Assembly: GCA_963668645.2 (NCBI GenBank)
Contig: CAXXWC010000019.1
Location: 320,001 to 384,000, forward strand
From: Desulfobacterales bacterium
GTDB taxonomy: Bacteria > Desulfobacterota > Desulfobacteria > Desulfobacterales > UBA2174
Length of the DNA stretch: 64,000 nt
Direction: 5' to 3'
Shown here: one piece after another, positions 34,089 to 44,468 of the stretch
How the letters are laid out: every line of letters begins with the position of its first letter
How positions within the stretch are numbered: position 1 is the first letter of the stretch
Notes under the pieces: model-generated
Told to the model about the DNA's origin: nothing
The model's database searches: none
The model's input: only the letters and a program-made list of their open reading frames with translations
Position numbers and translations under genes: made by a program

Positions 34089-36299
34089 ATGAACGGCCGC
34101 AAACCGATTCATCCCATGCTGCCGGCCAAACCGCATACCGGCCTGCGGGCATACCGGCATTTGGCGCTTGCAGCCATCTGGCTGCAGCTGCTGTTTTTCA
34201 TGCCGGGCTGCTCGTCCGGCAACGCTGACGCCTTGTCACCGGCTGAAAAAAAGTGGCTCCAGGCCCACGGGGACCAAATCCGCCTGGTCGAGTTCGACCG
34301 GCTCCCGCCGATCGAATTTGTCGACCAGGACGGCCAGTGGGTCGGGTATACCGCCGATGTGATCCACCTGCTTGAAGCGCGGCTGGGGATAACCTTCAAA
34401 CGGATCCGAAGCAGCAACATCCCCCGCATCATCCAGCAGTTCCGCTACAACGAAGCCGATCTGAAAGGCAGCTTTCCCAAGACCGGAGACCGTTCGGCGT
34501 ACATGTTTTTCACCGATCCCTACCTGACCGTTCCCCACGCCATAATCGTGCGCAAGGATCAAAAGGGGCTGGTTTCCCTCGATGATCTCGAGGGGCGCAT
34601 CATCGGGGTCGTGGATGAATATTTTATCCACTCCTACCTCAAGGCCAACTACCCGTACCTGAATTTCGTTACCGTCTCCAACGACCTGGTCGGGCTCCAG
34701 AAGCTGGCCTTCAACCAGTTCGACGCCATGGTGAGCAACCTGGCCACCGCCTCTTATCTGATCGAAAAAGAAGGGTTTACCAACCTGCGCATCGCGGGCC
34801 GGATCAACGAGCCGAGCCGCTTTTCATTTGCCACCAACAAAAAGTCGCCGATCCTGCATCAGATTATCCGCAAGGGGCTCGGCATGATTTCAAGCGATGA
34901 AAAGCGCGTTCTTTACAAAAAATGGATCGGCCAGGAGTGGTTCTACTTTTTGTACAATAAGAAGCTTTGGTACATCACCACCGGCATCTCGATACTCGTT
35001 TTGGCAACCGTCGTGTGCGTGCTCGGATGGAATCGGGTGCTCCAGCGGCAGGTGAATCAGAAAACCATCGCCTTGCAGCGCGAACTGACCGAACGCCAAA
35101 AGCTGGAACGCCAGATGCTCAGTGCCCAGAAACTCGAGGCCATCGGCACCTTTGCAGGCGGGATCGCCCACGACTTCAACAACACGCTGGGCACCATCAT
35201 CGGCTATTGTGAAATGCTGGAAATGTTCAGCGTCGAGGATGGAAGCGACCAGTCCAACTATATTAAACAGATCCTCAGAGCCTCGTACCGGGCCAAGGAA
35301 ATGGTCCAGCAGATTCTGACCTTCAGCAACCCCGGTGAAAAGGAGAAGGGGCCGATCCTGGTGGCGCCCATCGTCGAGGAGGTCATGGAGTTTTTGACGG
35401 CCTCGCTGCCCTCGAATATTCGCGTCACCAAGACGTGCAGCGACTCGGATCTGGTGGTTGTCGCCAATGCCACCCAGGTGCATCGCATCCTGATGAACTG
35501 TTCGGTCAACGCGGCCCAGGCGATGAAGACCACCGGCGGCGAGCTGGAGATCACCGTCGCCTCGACCATGGCGCTGCCATCCAAATCGCTGCGGCTGGCG
35601 GCGCTTGCCGGCGACGGTTACGTGGTCTTCGGTATCCGCGATACCGGAACGGGCATGGATCCCGAGACGATTGAACGAATCTTCGATCCTTTCTTTACGA
35701 CCAAGGGGCCGGACGAGGGCACCGGAATGGGCTTGTCCGTGGTGCACGGAATCGTCAAGGACCTGGCCGGTGCCATCCATGTGGACAGCGAACCGGGAAA
35801 GGGCAGCTGCCTTCATATCTATATCCCGCGTTACACCGGCGACTATGCGGCATCGGAAGCGGGCGCCGCCCTGGACGACTTCGCCGGCCAGGGCGAAATT
35901 CTCTTCGTCGACGACCATGAACCGCTTTGCGATTTCGCCCAAAAAAGTCTTTCACGCCTCGGATACAACGTGACCACCTTCACCAGCAGCTCCCAGGCCA
36001 TCCAGGCCTTCTGGCGCGATCCGGACAGATTCGATCTGGTCATCACCGATTACACGATGCCCGAACTCAACGGACTCGAACTGGCCGAGGAGATTTTGGC
36101 CATGCGCCCGGACTTGCCGGTGGTCATGTGTTCGGGCTATCTTTCCTCCCTTTCGGCCAAGGAGATCGAGCGCGCCGGAATCCGCCAGCTGCTCAAAAAA
36201 CCGTTGGGCGCCTATGGGCTGATCCGTTGCGTCCGGCGCGAACTGGAAAACCGCCATACCACCAGGAACGAAAATGTCGAAAGTGCTGATCATCGATGA
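34089..36299 (+). CDS. Hybrid sensor kinase with periplasmic solute-binding domain and receiver
   Basis: SBP-family N-terminus, TM, AHDFNN, DTGTGM, GTGMGL, C-terminal receiver (ITDYTMP). Confidence 0.92.
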   Translation: MNGRKPIHPMLPAKPHTGLRAYRHLALAAIWLQLLFFMPGCSSGNADALSPAEKKWLQAHGDQIRLVEFDRLPPIEFVDQDGQWVGYTADVIHLLEARLGITFKRIRSSNIPRIIQQFRYNEADLKGSFPKTGDRSAYMFFTDPYLTVPHAIIVRKDQKGLVSLDDLEGRIIGVVDEYFIHSYLKANYPYLNFVTVSNDLVGLQKLAFNQFDAMVSNLATASYLIEKEGFTNLRIAGRINEPSRFSFATNKKSPILHQIIRKGLGMISSDEKRVLYKKWIGQEWFYFLYNKKLWYITTGISILVLATVVCVLGWNRVLQRQVNQKTIALQRELTERQKLERQMLSAQKLEAIGTFAGGIAHDFNNTLGTIIGYCEMLEMFSVEDGSDQSNYIKQILRASYRAKEMVQQILTFSNPGEKEKGPILVAPIVEEVMEFLTASLPSNIRVTKTCSDSDLVVVANATQVHRILMNCSVNAAQAMKTTGGELEITVASTMALPSKSLRLAALAGDGYVVFGIRDTGTGMDPETIERIFDPFFTTKGPDEGTGMGLSVVHGIVKDLAGAIHVDSEPGKGSCLHIYIPRYTGDYAASEAGAALDDFAGQGEILFVDDHEPLCDFAQKSLSRLGYNVTTFTSSSQAIQAFWRDPDRFDLVITDYTMPELNGLELAEEILAMRPDLPVVMCSGYLSSLSAKEIERAGIRQLLKKPLGAYGLIRCVRRELENRHTTRNENVESADHR

Positions 36300-37827
36300 C
36301 GACGAATCCATGTGTCAGATGCTGGCCGCGCTGGTTCGCGAAATCGGCCACCAGGCCGAATACGCCCTGACTTTGGCCGAGGGGTTGCGCGCGGCCCAGG
36401 CCACCCCCTTTGATATCGTGTTTCTGGATGTCAAGATGCCGGACGGCAATGGGCTGGATATCCTGGGCACCATCAAGCAAAGTCCCTCCCGTCCTGAGGT
36501 GGTCATTATCACGGGTGCCGGAAATGCCGACGGGGCCGAGCTGGCCATCCGCACCGGGGCCTGGGACTATCTGCAAAAACCGCTTTCGCCCAGGGAGATC
36601 GTGGTGCCGCTGGAGCGGGTACTGGCACGCCGGGATCAGCGGCGAGAATCCCCCTGTGCCGGCAAAGAATTCAAACGCGACGGCATTCTCGGCGAGAGCC
36701 CGCAGTTGATGGCCTGCCTTAAGGAAATGATCAAGGCGGCCGGCAGCGAGGCCAACGTGCTCGTCACCGGGGGCACCGGGACCGGCAAGGAACTGTTTTC
36801 CCGCGCCATCCATGCCAACAGCAAACGGTGCGCCAAGCCTTTCGTCGTGGTGGACTGTGCATCCCTGACCGAGACCTTGATCAAGTCCACCCTTTTCGGG
36901 CACGAAAGGGGCGCCTTCACCGGCGCCGACCGCTCCCTGGACGGCTTGGTCAAGATCGCCGACGGCGGAACGCTCTTTCTGGACGAAATCGGTGAGTTGA
37001 GCCTCTCGAGCCAGAAGTTTTTCCTGCGCTTTCTCGAAGACCGGCACTTTCGCCCCTTGGGCAGCCACCGGGAGATCACGAGCAACTTCAGGCTGATCTG
37101 CGCCACCAACCGCAACCTGGAACAGATGGCGGCCGAGGGGACGTTCCGCCGCGACCTGCTCTACCGGGTATGCACCATCAGACTCGAGCTGCCGGCGCTC
37201 AAGGACCGGCCCAGCGACATCCCCCTGCTCGCGCGCCACTATGCAGCCCTGTTCTGCCGCAAGTACCATAACGACCCCAAGGAACTGACCCCCGGCTTTC
37301 TGGAAGCCCTGCAAAACTACAGCTGGCCCGGCAATGTGCGCGAATTCGTCAACTGCCTCGAAGAGGCGGTCAACGACGCCGGCACCGACCCCGCGCTGTA
37401 CCAGCAGCACCTGCCTGCCGGGATCCGCATCGCGGCCTTCAAGTCGACCATGGCCACCGACGCGCCGGCGCAAGAATTTTCAGACGAAAAAGACGCCACG
37501 GGCAGATCGGAACAGGCAGCGCCCGCACTTGCGGACCTTTCGTACGGGGAGCCGGCCGACGCCACCGCCACGCTCAAAGACGCCCTCTTGCAGGTCTTTG
37601 AACCGCTGGCAACGGCCGAAACATTGCCGAAATTCAGCCTGTACCGCGACGAAGTGCTTTCAGCGGCGGAAAAAGGCTACTTCAAGCGTCTGATCAGCAT
37701 CGCCCAGGGCAACATCAAAGCCGCCTGCAACATGAGCGGCATGAGCCGCAGCCGCCTCTACTGCCAGCTGAAAAGATACGGGATTTCGAGAATGGGCTGG
37801 CCGGAGGAAAACGAAGACAGTCATTGA
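36274..37827 (+). CDS. sigma54-dependent response regulator
   Basis: Receiver, GGTGTGKE, GAFTGA, WPGNVRE, HTH. Confidence 0.93.
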   Translation: MSKVLIIDDDESMCQMLAALVREIGHQAEYALTLAEGLRAAQATPFDIVFLDVKMPDGNGLDILGTIKQSPSRPEVVIITGAGNADGAELAIRTGAWDYLQKPLSPREIVVPLERVLARRDQRRESPCAGKEFKRDGILGESPQLMACLKEMIKAAGSEANVLVTGGTGTGKELFSRAIHANSKRCAKPFVVVDCASLTETLIKSTLFGHERGAFTGADRSLDGLVKIADGGTLFLDEIGELSLSSQKFFLRFLEDRHFRPLGSHREITSNFRLICATNRNLEQMAAEGTFRRDLLYRVCTIRLELPALKDRPSDIPLLARHYAALFCRKYHNDPKELTPGFLEALQNYSWPGNVREFVNCLEEAVNDAGTDPALYQQHLPAGIRIAAFKSTMATDAPAQEFSDEKDATGRSEQAAPALADLSYGEPADATATLKDALLQVFEPLATAETLPKFSLYRDEVLSAAEKGYFKRLISIAQGNIKAACNMSGMSRSRLYCQLKRYGISRMGWPEENEDSH

Positions 37828-37920
37828 ACAACCGGCATGCCGCCGGCCGTCCTTTTGGCGGTCGATATGGCCCGGCGCCCGGACCGGTGGCTTGCATCGG
37901 CCGGGCGCGCATCCCTCGGC

Positions 37921-40900
37921 TCACTTTGCAGACAACGGCTCATCGCCCGCCGTCAGGGCCGGTGCCGGCCGGGCTTTCCGCCGGCGTCCGGTCAGGCGGG
38001 CAAAATCGTCGGTGATCAGAAAGAGCGAGGGGACCAGCACCAGGGTGATCATGGTGGCGAACAGGACGCCGAACCCGAGGCTGACGGCCATGGGGATCAT
38101 CATGCGGGCCTGGACCGACTTTTCCAGGATCATCGGCATCAACCCGCCGAAGGTGGTCAGGGTGGTCAGGAGGATCGGCCTGAAGCGCTGGACACCGGCG
38201 GCGTGGATGGCCTCAAAGGGTGTCAGCCCATCGTGCACCTTGCGATTGGCCAGGTCGATGAGCACCAGCGAGTCGTTGACCACCACCCCGGAAAGCGCCA
38301 CCACGCCGAAGATGCTGTTCACCGACAGCGAATAGCCCATTATCAGATGCCCGATGACGGCCCCGATCATCCCGAAGGGAATGCTGCCCATGATGATCAG
38401 CGGCTGGACGTAGCTCTTGAACGGTACGGCCAGAAGCGCGTAGATCCCGAAGAGCGCAAAGGCCAGGCCCATGAACAGGGCGCTTAAGCTCTCGCGGATG
38501 TCGGCCTGGTGCCCCTCGAAGCTGTACGAGAGCCCGGGATGGCGCTTGACCAGTGCGGGCAGGATGCTCTTTTTCAGCTCCTGCATCACGTTCTCCGACT
38601 GGGCCGGCGGATTGACGTTGGCCGTCACCTCGATGTCGCGCTGGCCGTTGGTACGCTCGATGCGGGTGTAGGCCCGGCCCGGGATCATCTGCACCGCGTC
38701 GCGCAGCATCACCTCGCCCTTGGGGGCCTGGAGCACCAGGTTCTCCAGGGTCGCCTCGGTGACCCGTTCGTTCTCGGGCAGCCTCACCCGCACGGTCACC
38801 TCGTTTCTGCCGCGCTGCTGGCGCAAGGCCTCGGCCCCCTGGAAGGCGTAGCGCACCTGGGCCCCCACCGCCTGGCTGGTCAGGCCCATGCGCTCTCCCA
38901 GCGGTTTGAGCCGGATGTCGTACTGGCGCTTGCCCCGGGCCGATCCGTCGTCCACGTCATGGACGATGGAAAACCCGGCCAGTTCTGTCGCCAGGTCCTC
39001 GCCGGCACGTTCCAGTTCCTCCTTGTTCCTGTGGCTGAGCCTCACGGTGAGGTTCTTGCCCGAACCGGGGCCGCCCATGTTCGACTCGAAGCGGATCGTC
39101 TCCAGGCCGGAAATGGTTCCGCTGCGCCGGCGCCACAATTCGGTGACCCGGGCGGTGGACAGCGGCCGCCGGTCCGCCTCGGTGAGATAGAGCCGGATGG
39201 TGATGGTGTTGTCCGAGACGGTGCTGAGCACCCCCTTGGAAAGGGCCGCGCCGCCGTTTTCAGCCACCACCGCCTTTCCCGCCGCTACCAGATGCTGCTC
39301 CACGGCCTGCAGCCGCGCCTTGGCAACCCCGTAAGGCAGGGTGGCGGCGCAGTACGCGTAATCGGACTCCACCCGCGGAAACAGCTCCATGCCCATGCGC
39401 CCGGAGGCCACATAACCGCCCACGGCGAGCATCAGCGCCAGCCCCAGCCCCACCACGGTGTAGCGCCAGCGCACCGCCAGATCCAAAAAGGCACCGAAGC
39501 GATTGCGCACAAATCGTTCGAAGGCCAGGCTGAAGCGCTCCTGGCAGCTTTCGAGGTGGTTCAAAGGCCAGATGGCACGGCTGCGGCTGCGGTGGGCCAG
39601 GTGGGCCGGCAGGATGAAGAGGCTCTCGATGAGCGAGACACCGAAGACGGCGGCCACCACCAGGGGGATGACCTTGAAGACCTTGCCCATGAATCCGGGG
39701 ATGAACATCAGCGGCAGGAAGGCCACCAGGTTGGTCAGCACGCTGAAAACCACCGGCATGGCCACCTCCCGGGTTCCGGCCACCGAGGCTTCGAGCAGGC
39801 CCATGCCCTGGCGCCGGCGGTGGTAGATGTTCTCACCCACCACCACCGCGTCGTCCACCACGATCCCCAAGGTCACGATGAAGGCGAACATGGAGATCAT
39901 GTTGATGGAAAAATCGGCGGCCGAAAGGAAGATGAACGACCCCATAAAGGAGATGGGAATCCCCAGGCTGACCCAGAAGGCCAGCCTGGTCTCGAGAAAC
40001 AGGGCCAGAAGGACAAAAACCAGCGCCAGTCCCAGATAGGCGTTGTTGAGCAGCAGTTCGGCACGCTCGGTGAAGATCTGCGAACCGTCCCGCAGCGGGG
40101 TCAGCGACAGCCCGCCAGGCAGGGTGCGGTTCATCCGCGCCAGCACCGTCCGGGCCGCCTCGGCCACCTCGCGCGGGGTCTGGTCGCCCACCCGGTAGAC
40201 CTCAATCATCACCGCCGGCTGGCCGTCGAAATCGGCCCAGGTGTGGCTGTCCTCGAACCCTTCGCGCACCGTGGCCACGTCCGAGAGCAGGATCCGCGAG
40301 CCGTCCTGGAAGGTCAGCAACGGGAGCTGCCCGTACTGCCTGGCATCGGTGCGCCGGTCCTTGACGCGCACCAGGATGTCGCCGCCGGAGGTCCTGAGGC
40401 TGCCGCCGCCCAGTTCCACCGAGGCGGCGGCGATGGCATCGGCCGCATCGCCGAGGGTCATGCCGTAGCGGCGCAGCACCGCCTGGGGGATCTCCACATG
40501 GATCTCGTAGTCCTTGACACCGGTCAGCTCCACCTGGGTGATGTGTTCGTTGAGCAGCAGCTCGTCGCGCACCTGGTCGGCCGCGGCGCGCAGGGTGGCC
40601 TCGTCGGCGTTGCCGTGCAGTGCCAGGGTAATCACGCCACGCTTGTGGCTGGCAATGGCGATCTGGGGTTCTTCGGCCTCCTCGGGGAAGGTGGAAATGC
40701 GGTCGACCTCGCTCTTGATCTCCTGCCACAACCGGGTGACGTCGGCCCCCTCGATGGCCTCCACCGTGATGGTGGCGCTGCCTTCGGCGGCCGTGGCGCT
40801 GACCTCATCGATCCCCTCGAGCCCCTCGATGGCCTCCTCGATGGCCAGCACGATCCCGTTTTCCACCTCCTCGGGGCTGGCACCGGGATAAGAGACGGTG

Positions 40901-41064
40901 ATCTGCACCGTGTCGAGGGCAAAATCAGGAAAAACCTCCTGCTTGAGGTTGAAGCCGACGAGCAGCCCGCCGACGAGAAACACGAACATCAACAGGTTGG
41001 CGATCACCGAGTTGCCCGCCATCCAGGCCAGGGGCCCGGCCAGGGACGTTTCACGCTCGCGCAT
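37921..41064 (-). CDS. RND efflux permease (AcrB family)
   Basis: 1047 aa, GIVVDDAVVVGENI, GVVVNDS, RFRPILLTT. Confidence 0.95.
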   Translation of the reverse strand: MRERETSLAGPLAWMAGNSVIANLLMFVFLVGGLLVGFNLKQEVFPDFALDTVQITVSYPGASPEEVENGIVLAIEEAIEGLEGIDEVSATAAEGSATITVEAIEGADVTRLWQEIKSEVDRISTFPEEAEEPQIAIASHKRGVITLALHGNADEATLRAAADQVRDELLLNEHITQVELTGVKDYEIHVEIPQAVLRRYGMTLGDAADAIAAASVELGGGSLRTSGGDILVRVKDRRTDARQYGQLPLLTFQDGSRILLSDVATVREGFEDSHTWADFDGQPAVMIEVYRVGDQTPREVAEAARTVLARMNRTLPGGLSLTPLRDGSQIFTERAELLLNNAYLGLALVFVLLALFLETRLAFWVSLGIPISFMGSFIFLSAADFSINMISMFAFIVTLGIVVDDAVVVGENIYHRRRQGMGLLEASVAGTREVAMPVVFSVLTNLVAFLPLMFIPGFMGKVFKVIPLVVAAVFGVSLIESLFILPAHLAHRSRSRAIWPLNHLESCQERFSLAFERFVRNRFGAFLDLAVRWRYTVVGLGLALMLAVGGYVASGRMGMELFPRVESDYAYCAATLPYGVAKARLQAVEQHLVAAGKAVVAENGGAALSKGVLSTVSDNTITIRLYLTEADRRPLSTARVTELWRRRSGTISGLETIRFESNMGGPGSGKNLTVRLSHRNKEELERAGEDLATELAGFSIVHDVDDGSARGKRQYDIRLKPLGERMGLTSQAVGAQVRYAFQGAEALRQQRGRNEVTVRVRLPENERVTEATLENLVLQAPKGEVMLRDAVQMIPGRAYTRIERTNGQRDIEVTANVNPPAQSENVMQELKKSILPALVKRHPGLSYSFEGHQADIRESLSALFMGLAFALFGIYALLAVPFKSYVQPLIIMGSIPFGMIGAVIGHLIMGYSLSVNSIFGVVALSGVVVNDSLVLIDLANRKVHDGLTPFEAIHAAGVQRFRPILLTTLTTFGGLMPMILEKSVQARMMIPMAVSLGFGVLFATMITLVLVPSLFLITDDFARLTGRRRKARPAPALTAGDEPLSAK

Positions 41065-41067
41065 GGA

Positions 41068-42276
41068 TCAACTCTCTTTCGTGGCGGCGGGAGCAGTGTC
41101 CTGCGGTTCGACCACCTTCAGCGACATCCCCTGGACCGGGCTGGACAGCGCCGAAACCACCACCTGTTCACCGGCGGCAAGCCCGCTTTGGATGTAGACC
41201 TTGTCGCTGCTCTTCCAGGCCAGGGTCACCGGCCGGATATCCAGGCTGTTGCCGTTGCAGACCCAGACCGTGCCGCCGTCCTGCAAGGCGGCCCGGGGCA
41301 GTTCGATCACCGCCGCAAGCGGCCGGCCGGTGATGACGACGTTGACATAGTCGTCGATCATCAGCCGTTGGGCCGACAGATCGGCGCCCGGGCCGAGAGG
41401 ATCGGCCACCGCCACGATCACGGTGGCCATGCGGCTGGTCTCGCTGAGCTTGCCGGTGATGCGCACCACCTTTCCGTTCCAGCGCCCGCCCCCGGCCTGG
41501 GAGCGGACCTGCACCGGGCAGCCGCCGGGATAATCGAAATCGATGTGCGCCAGATCGTCCAGGGAGACCACCGCCTCGACCCAGAACTCGTCCGTGCCCA
41601 CCACGGTGGCCAGGCTGCTGCCGGCCGAAACATAGGCCCCCAGATTGACGCTGCGTTCGAGCACCAGGGCGTTGAAGGGAACACGCACCACGGTCCGTTC
41701 CAGGTCGAGCCGGGCCTGGCGCAGATCGGCCTCGGCGCTGGCCACAACGGCCTCGGCCTGCTGCAACTGGGGCTTGCGCAGGGCCAAATCGGTGCGCGGG
41801 ATGGCCTCGGGCGAAGACCGGGCCAGCAACCGGTATTCCTCGCGGGCGATGGTCTGGCTCCCCTCCTCGATGGCCAGGGCGGCCCGGGCCTCGGCCAGCG
41901 CGCTTTGAGCCTTTTGCACGTCCACCTCGTAATCGGAAGGATCGAGCCTGAGCAGCACCTCGCCCTTGGCCAGGCGCCCGCCGGGAACGAACTGGCCGGC
42001 CACCTGGCGCACCTCCCCGGCCACCCGGGCCTTCAAGGTTACCTCCCGGGAGGCGACCACGGTCCCCATGGCTTCGACCATGGTCGGGGAATCGGTCTGG
42101 CGTGCGGCCTGGACCTGAACCACGGTGGCTTCTCGCTGGGGTGCGGCCCGGGGCACCACCGGAGCGGTGGCCTTGAAAAAGGCCCAGGCCCCGCCGCCGG
42201 CCGCGATGAGCATCAAGGGGAGCAACACCTTGGCAAATTTGACGAAAAAACGCTTCGCCCTAGACTCTTGGGACAT
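41068..42276 (-). CDS. RND membrane fusion (adaptor) protein
   Basis: N-terminal anchor, lipoyl-like GEVLLRLD, helical hairpin, VRVPFNA. Confidence 0.92.
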   Translation of the reverse strand: MSQESRAKRFFVKFAKVLLPLMLIAAGGGAWAFFKATAPVVPRAAPQREATVVQVQAARQTDSPTMVEAMGTVVASREVTLKARVAGEVRQVAGQFVPGGRLAKGEVLLRLDPSDYEVDVQKAQSALAEARAALAIEEGSQTIAREEYRLLARSSPEAIPRTDLALRKPQLQQAEAVVASAEADLRQARLDLERTVVRVPFNALVLERSVNLGAYVSAGSSLATVVGTDEFWVEAVVSLDDLAHIDFDYPGGCPVQVRSQAGGGRWNGKVVRITGKLSETSRMATVIVAVADPLGPGADLSAQRLMIDDYVNVVITGRPLAAVIELPRAALQDGGTVWVCNGNSLDIRPVTLAWKSSDKVYIQSGLAAGEQVVVSALSSPVQGMSLKVVEPQDTAPAATKES

Positions 42277-42301
42277 GGTTCACCGTTCCATGGGACTGTG
42301 G

Positions 42302-43747
42302 TTAGCCTGCCGTCGCAACGCCACCGGCTGCCGGAGCCCGGGTGCCGGGTGTGGCACCGAAGACCAGGTGCCGGGTCCAGTCGCCGCCGATGGTGCGATA
42401 GAGGGTCACGCGGTTTTTGATCAGGGTGGCCTGCTCGTCGATCAGGCGGCGTTCCAGATCCTGCACGCCGGTCCAGGCCGCAAGGTAGTCGAGATAGTTG
42501 CCCTGACCGTTGATGTACTGGATCCGGGCGTCGGTCATGGTCAGCCGGGTGGCATCGAGCTGTTCCTGCAACAGGGCGATGTACTCGCGCTGGCGCTTTT
42601 CGGTCACCAGGCTGTCTTCCACCTCCCGGATCGCCTCGGCCACGGTCCGGGCGTACTCGGCGAGCAATCCCTCGGCCTCGGCCCGGGTCCGGTCCACCTC
42701 GGCCTTGCGGCTGCCCGCATCGAAGATCGGGCCGGTGAGGCTGGCGGCCAGGGTCGCCACCCAGTTGTCGAGCAGAAGATCGAGCGTGCCGGTGGAAAAG
42801 GCCGCATCGGCCGAAAGGCTCAACCCTGGAAGCCGCTCGGCCCGGGCCGCCGAGACCTGCCAGTCGGCCGAGCGCAGCCTCAGGCCGGCGGCGCGCACAT
42901 CGGGCCGGGAGGCCAGCAGGTCGGCCGGCAGCCCGGCGGCCGGCACCGCGATGGGTTCGGGCAGATCCTGCTGGGTGATATCCAGATCCTGGGCCCCGGC
43001 CCGGCCCAGCAGGACCGCCAGGACGTTGAGCTGCTGCTGTTCGGCCAGCTGCAAGGTTGGCAGGATCGCCTTGGCCGCCGCCAGGGCCTGGCGCTGCTCG
43101 GAAACATCCAGGGCGCTGGCCTGGCCGTTGACAAAACGCAGCCGCTGGAGGTTGAGCAGTTCCTCGTTGGCCCGGATCTGATGAGCCAGGATGGCGATCT
43201 GGTGCCGGACGGCGAGGACCTCGACCCAGGCGGTGGCCACCTCGGCCGCCACGCTCACCGCCGCAGCCTCCAGGTCTTCCCGGGCGGCCTGGAACGCCAG
43301 GACCGCTGACCGGCGCCCGGCCTCGAGCCGGCCCCACAGATCGACCTCGTAGGCCGCCGTCACCCCGGCGCTCCAGGTCTTGTCTTGCGTGTTCTCGGTG
43401 GCACCGCCCTTCGGCCTGGTCTGGACCCAGCGCTTTTCGGCGCCGGCGCTGTAGTCGACGCTCGGCTTGAGGGCCGCACCGGCCTGGCGGGCCGTGGCCT
43501 CGGCCTGCTTCAGGCGGGCCCAAGCCGTGCGCACATCGAAATTGCCGGCCAGGGCTCCTTCGACCAGGCGATCGAGTTCGGGGCTGGCGAAGGCCTGCCA
43601 CCAGCGGCCTGGCCCCGGTTCGTCGGCCGTGTAAAGCGCGTAGTGGGCCGGCAGCGCCAGAGGGGCCGCAGCCCTGTCGGGCGGCTGGAACGGTGCGCAT
43701 CCGGCCATCATCAAGAGCGCCAAGAAGATTGTGATTCGTCTGAACAT
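42302..43747 (-). CDS. Outer-membrane efflux lipoprotein (NodT/TolC family)
   Basis: Lipobox MAGC, WWQAF, YEVDLWG, PADLLASRPDV, IGGDW. Confidence 0.93.
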   Translation of the reverse strand: MFRRITIFLALLMMAGCAPFQPPDRAAAPLALPAHYALYTADEPGPGRWWQAFASPELDRLVEGALAGNFDVRTAWARLKQAEATARQAGAALKPSVDYSAGAEKRWVQTRPKGGATENTQDKTWSAGVTAAYEVDLWGRLEAGRRSAVLAFQAAREDLEAAAVSVAAEVATAWVEVLAVRHQIAILAHQIRANEELLNLQRLRFVNGQASALDVSEQRQALAAAKAILPTLQLAEQQQLNVLAVLLGRAGAQDLDITQQDLPEPIAVPAAGLPADLLASRPDVRAAGLRLRSADWQVSAARAERLPGLSLSADAAFSTGTLDLLLDNWVATLAASLTGPIFDAGSRKAEVDRTRAEAEGLLAEYARTVAEAIREVEDSLVTEKRQREYIALLQEQLDATRLTMTDARIQYINGQGNYLDYLAAWTGVQDLERRLIDEQATLIKNRVTLYRTIGGDWTRHLVFGATPGTRAPAAGGVATAG

Positions 43748-43849
43748 CCGTTGACTCCGTTCGCGAATTTGGTCGGCGTGCAGCCTTTTACCCCGATACC
43801 GCTGACTTGAAAACCCTCCTGCTGCCGCCGAAACCGCACTCTACGCTAT

Positions 43850-43885
43850 TAACGGCATATACGGCCAAAACCTGCACAAAAAATT
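43850..43885 (-). promoter_or_regulatory. Putative ECF-sigma promoter of the efflux operon
   Basis: Minus strand TTTTTGTGCAGG-N14-GCCGTTA, repeated at 45464-45498. Confidence 0.7.
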
Positions 43886-43919
43886 ATCGGGTCATGGAAA
43901 CGCCGGTCTACGTCAGGTC

Positions 43920-44468
43920 TCATTCCGGGCCTAGACGGCGGTGCAGCGTGCGCCGGGCCCGCACCAGCAGCGATTCCACAGCGGCGACGGAAAGCGCCAT
44001 CACCTCGGCGATCTCGGCGTAGCGAAGCTGCTCGGTATGGCGCAGCAGCAGGGCCTCGCGCTGGTTGACCGGCAACTGCCGGATCGCCTTTTCCAACCGA
44101 TCACGGTCGATGGCGTGTTCGAGCAGGTCGAGGGGAGTCTCCTCGCCGGCCACCTCCGGCAGGTCTTCCATCAGTTCGGGGCGCTTGCGGCGATGCTGAT
44201 CGATGCAAAGATTCCTGGTGATCCGGAGCAGAAACGTGCGCAGCGATGCCTCAGGACGATAACGCGCCGCCGCCTGGTAAAATCTTAGAAATGTCTCCTG
44301 GGCCGCATCCTCGGCCTCCTGTGCGTCGGGCAGCAGGCGGCGGGCAAACCCGTAAACGGCATCCTGGTGGCGCGCCAGCAAAACGCCGAAAGCGCGCTGG
44401 TCACCCTGGACCACCAGGGCAACCAGTTCCGCATCGCTGCGTTGGCTGTGGCGTCGGCGCAACATCAT
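43920..44468 (-). CDS. ECF RNA polymerase sigma factor
   Basis: AEDAAQETFLR, RNLCID, QREALLLR, YAEIAEVM, VESLLVRARR. Confidence 0.93.
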   Translation of the reverse strand: MMLRRRHSQRSDAELVALVVQGDQRAFGVLLARHQDAVYGFARRLLPDAQEAEDAAQETFLRFYQAAARYRPEASLRTFLLRITRNLCIDQHRRKRPELMEDLPEVAGEETPLDLLEHAIDRDRLEKAIRQLPVNQREALLLRHTEQLRYAEIAEVMALSVAAVESLLVRARRTLHRRLGPE

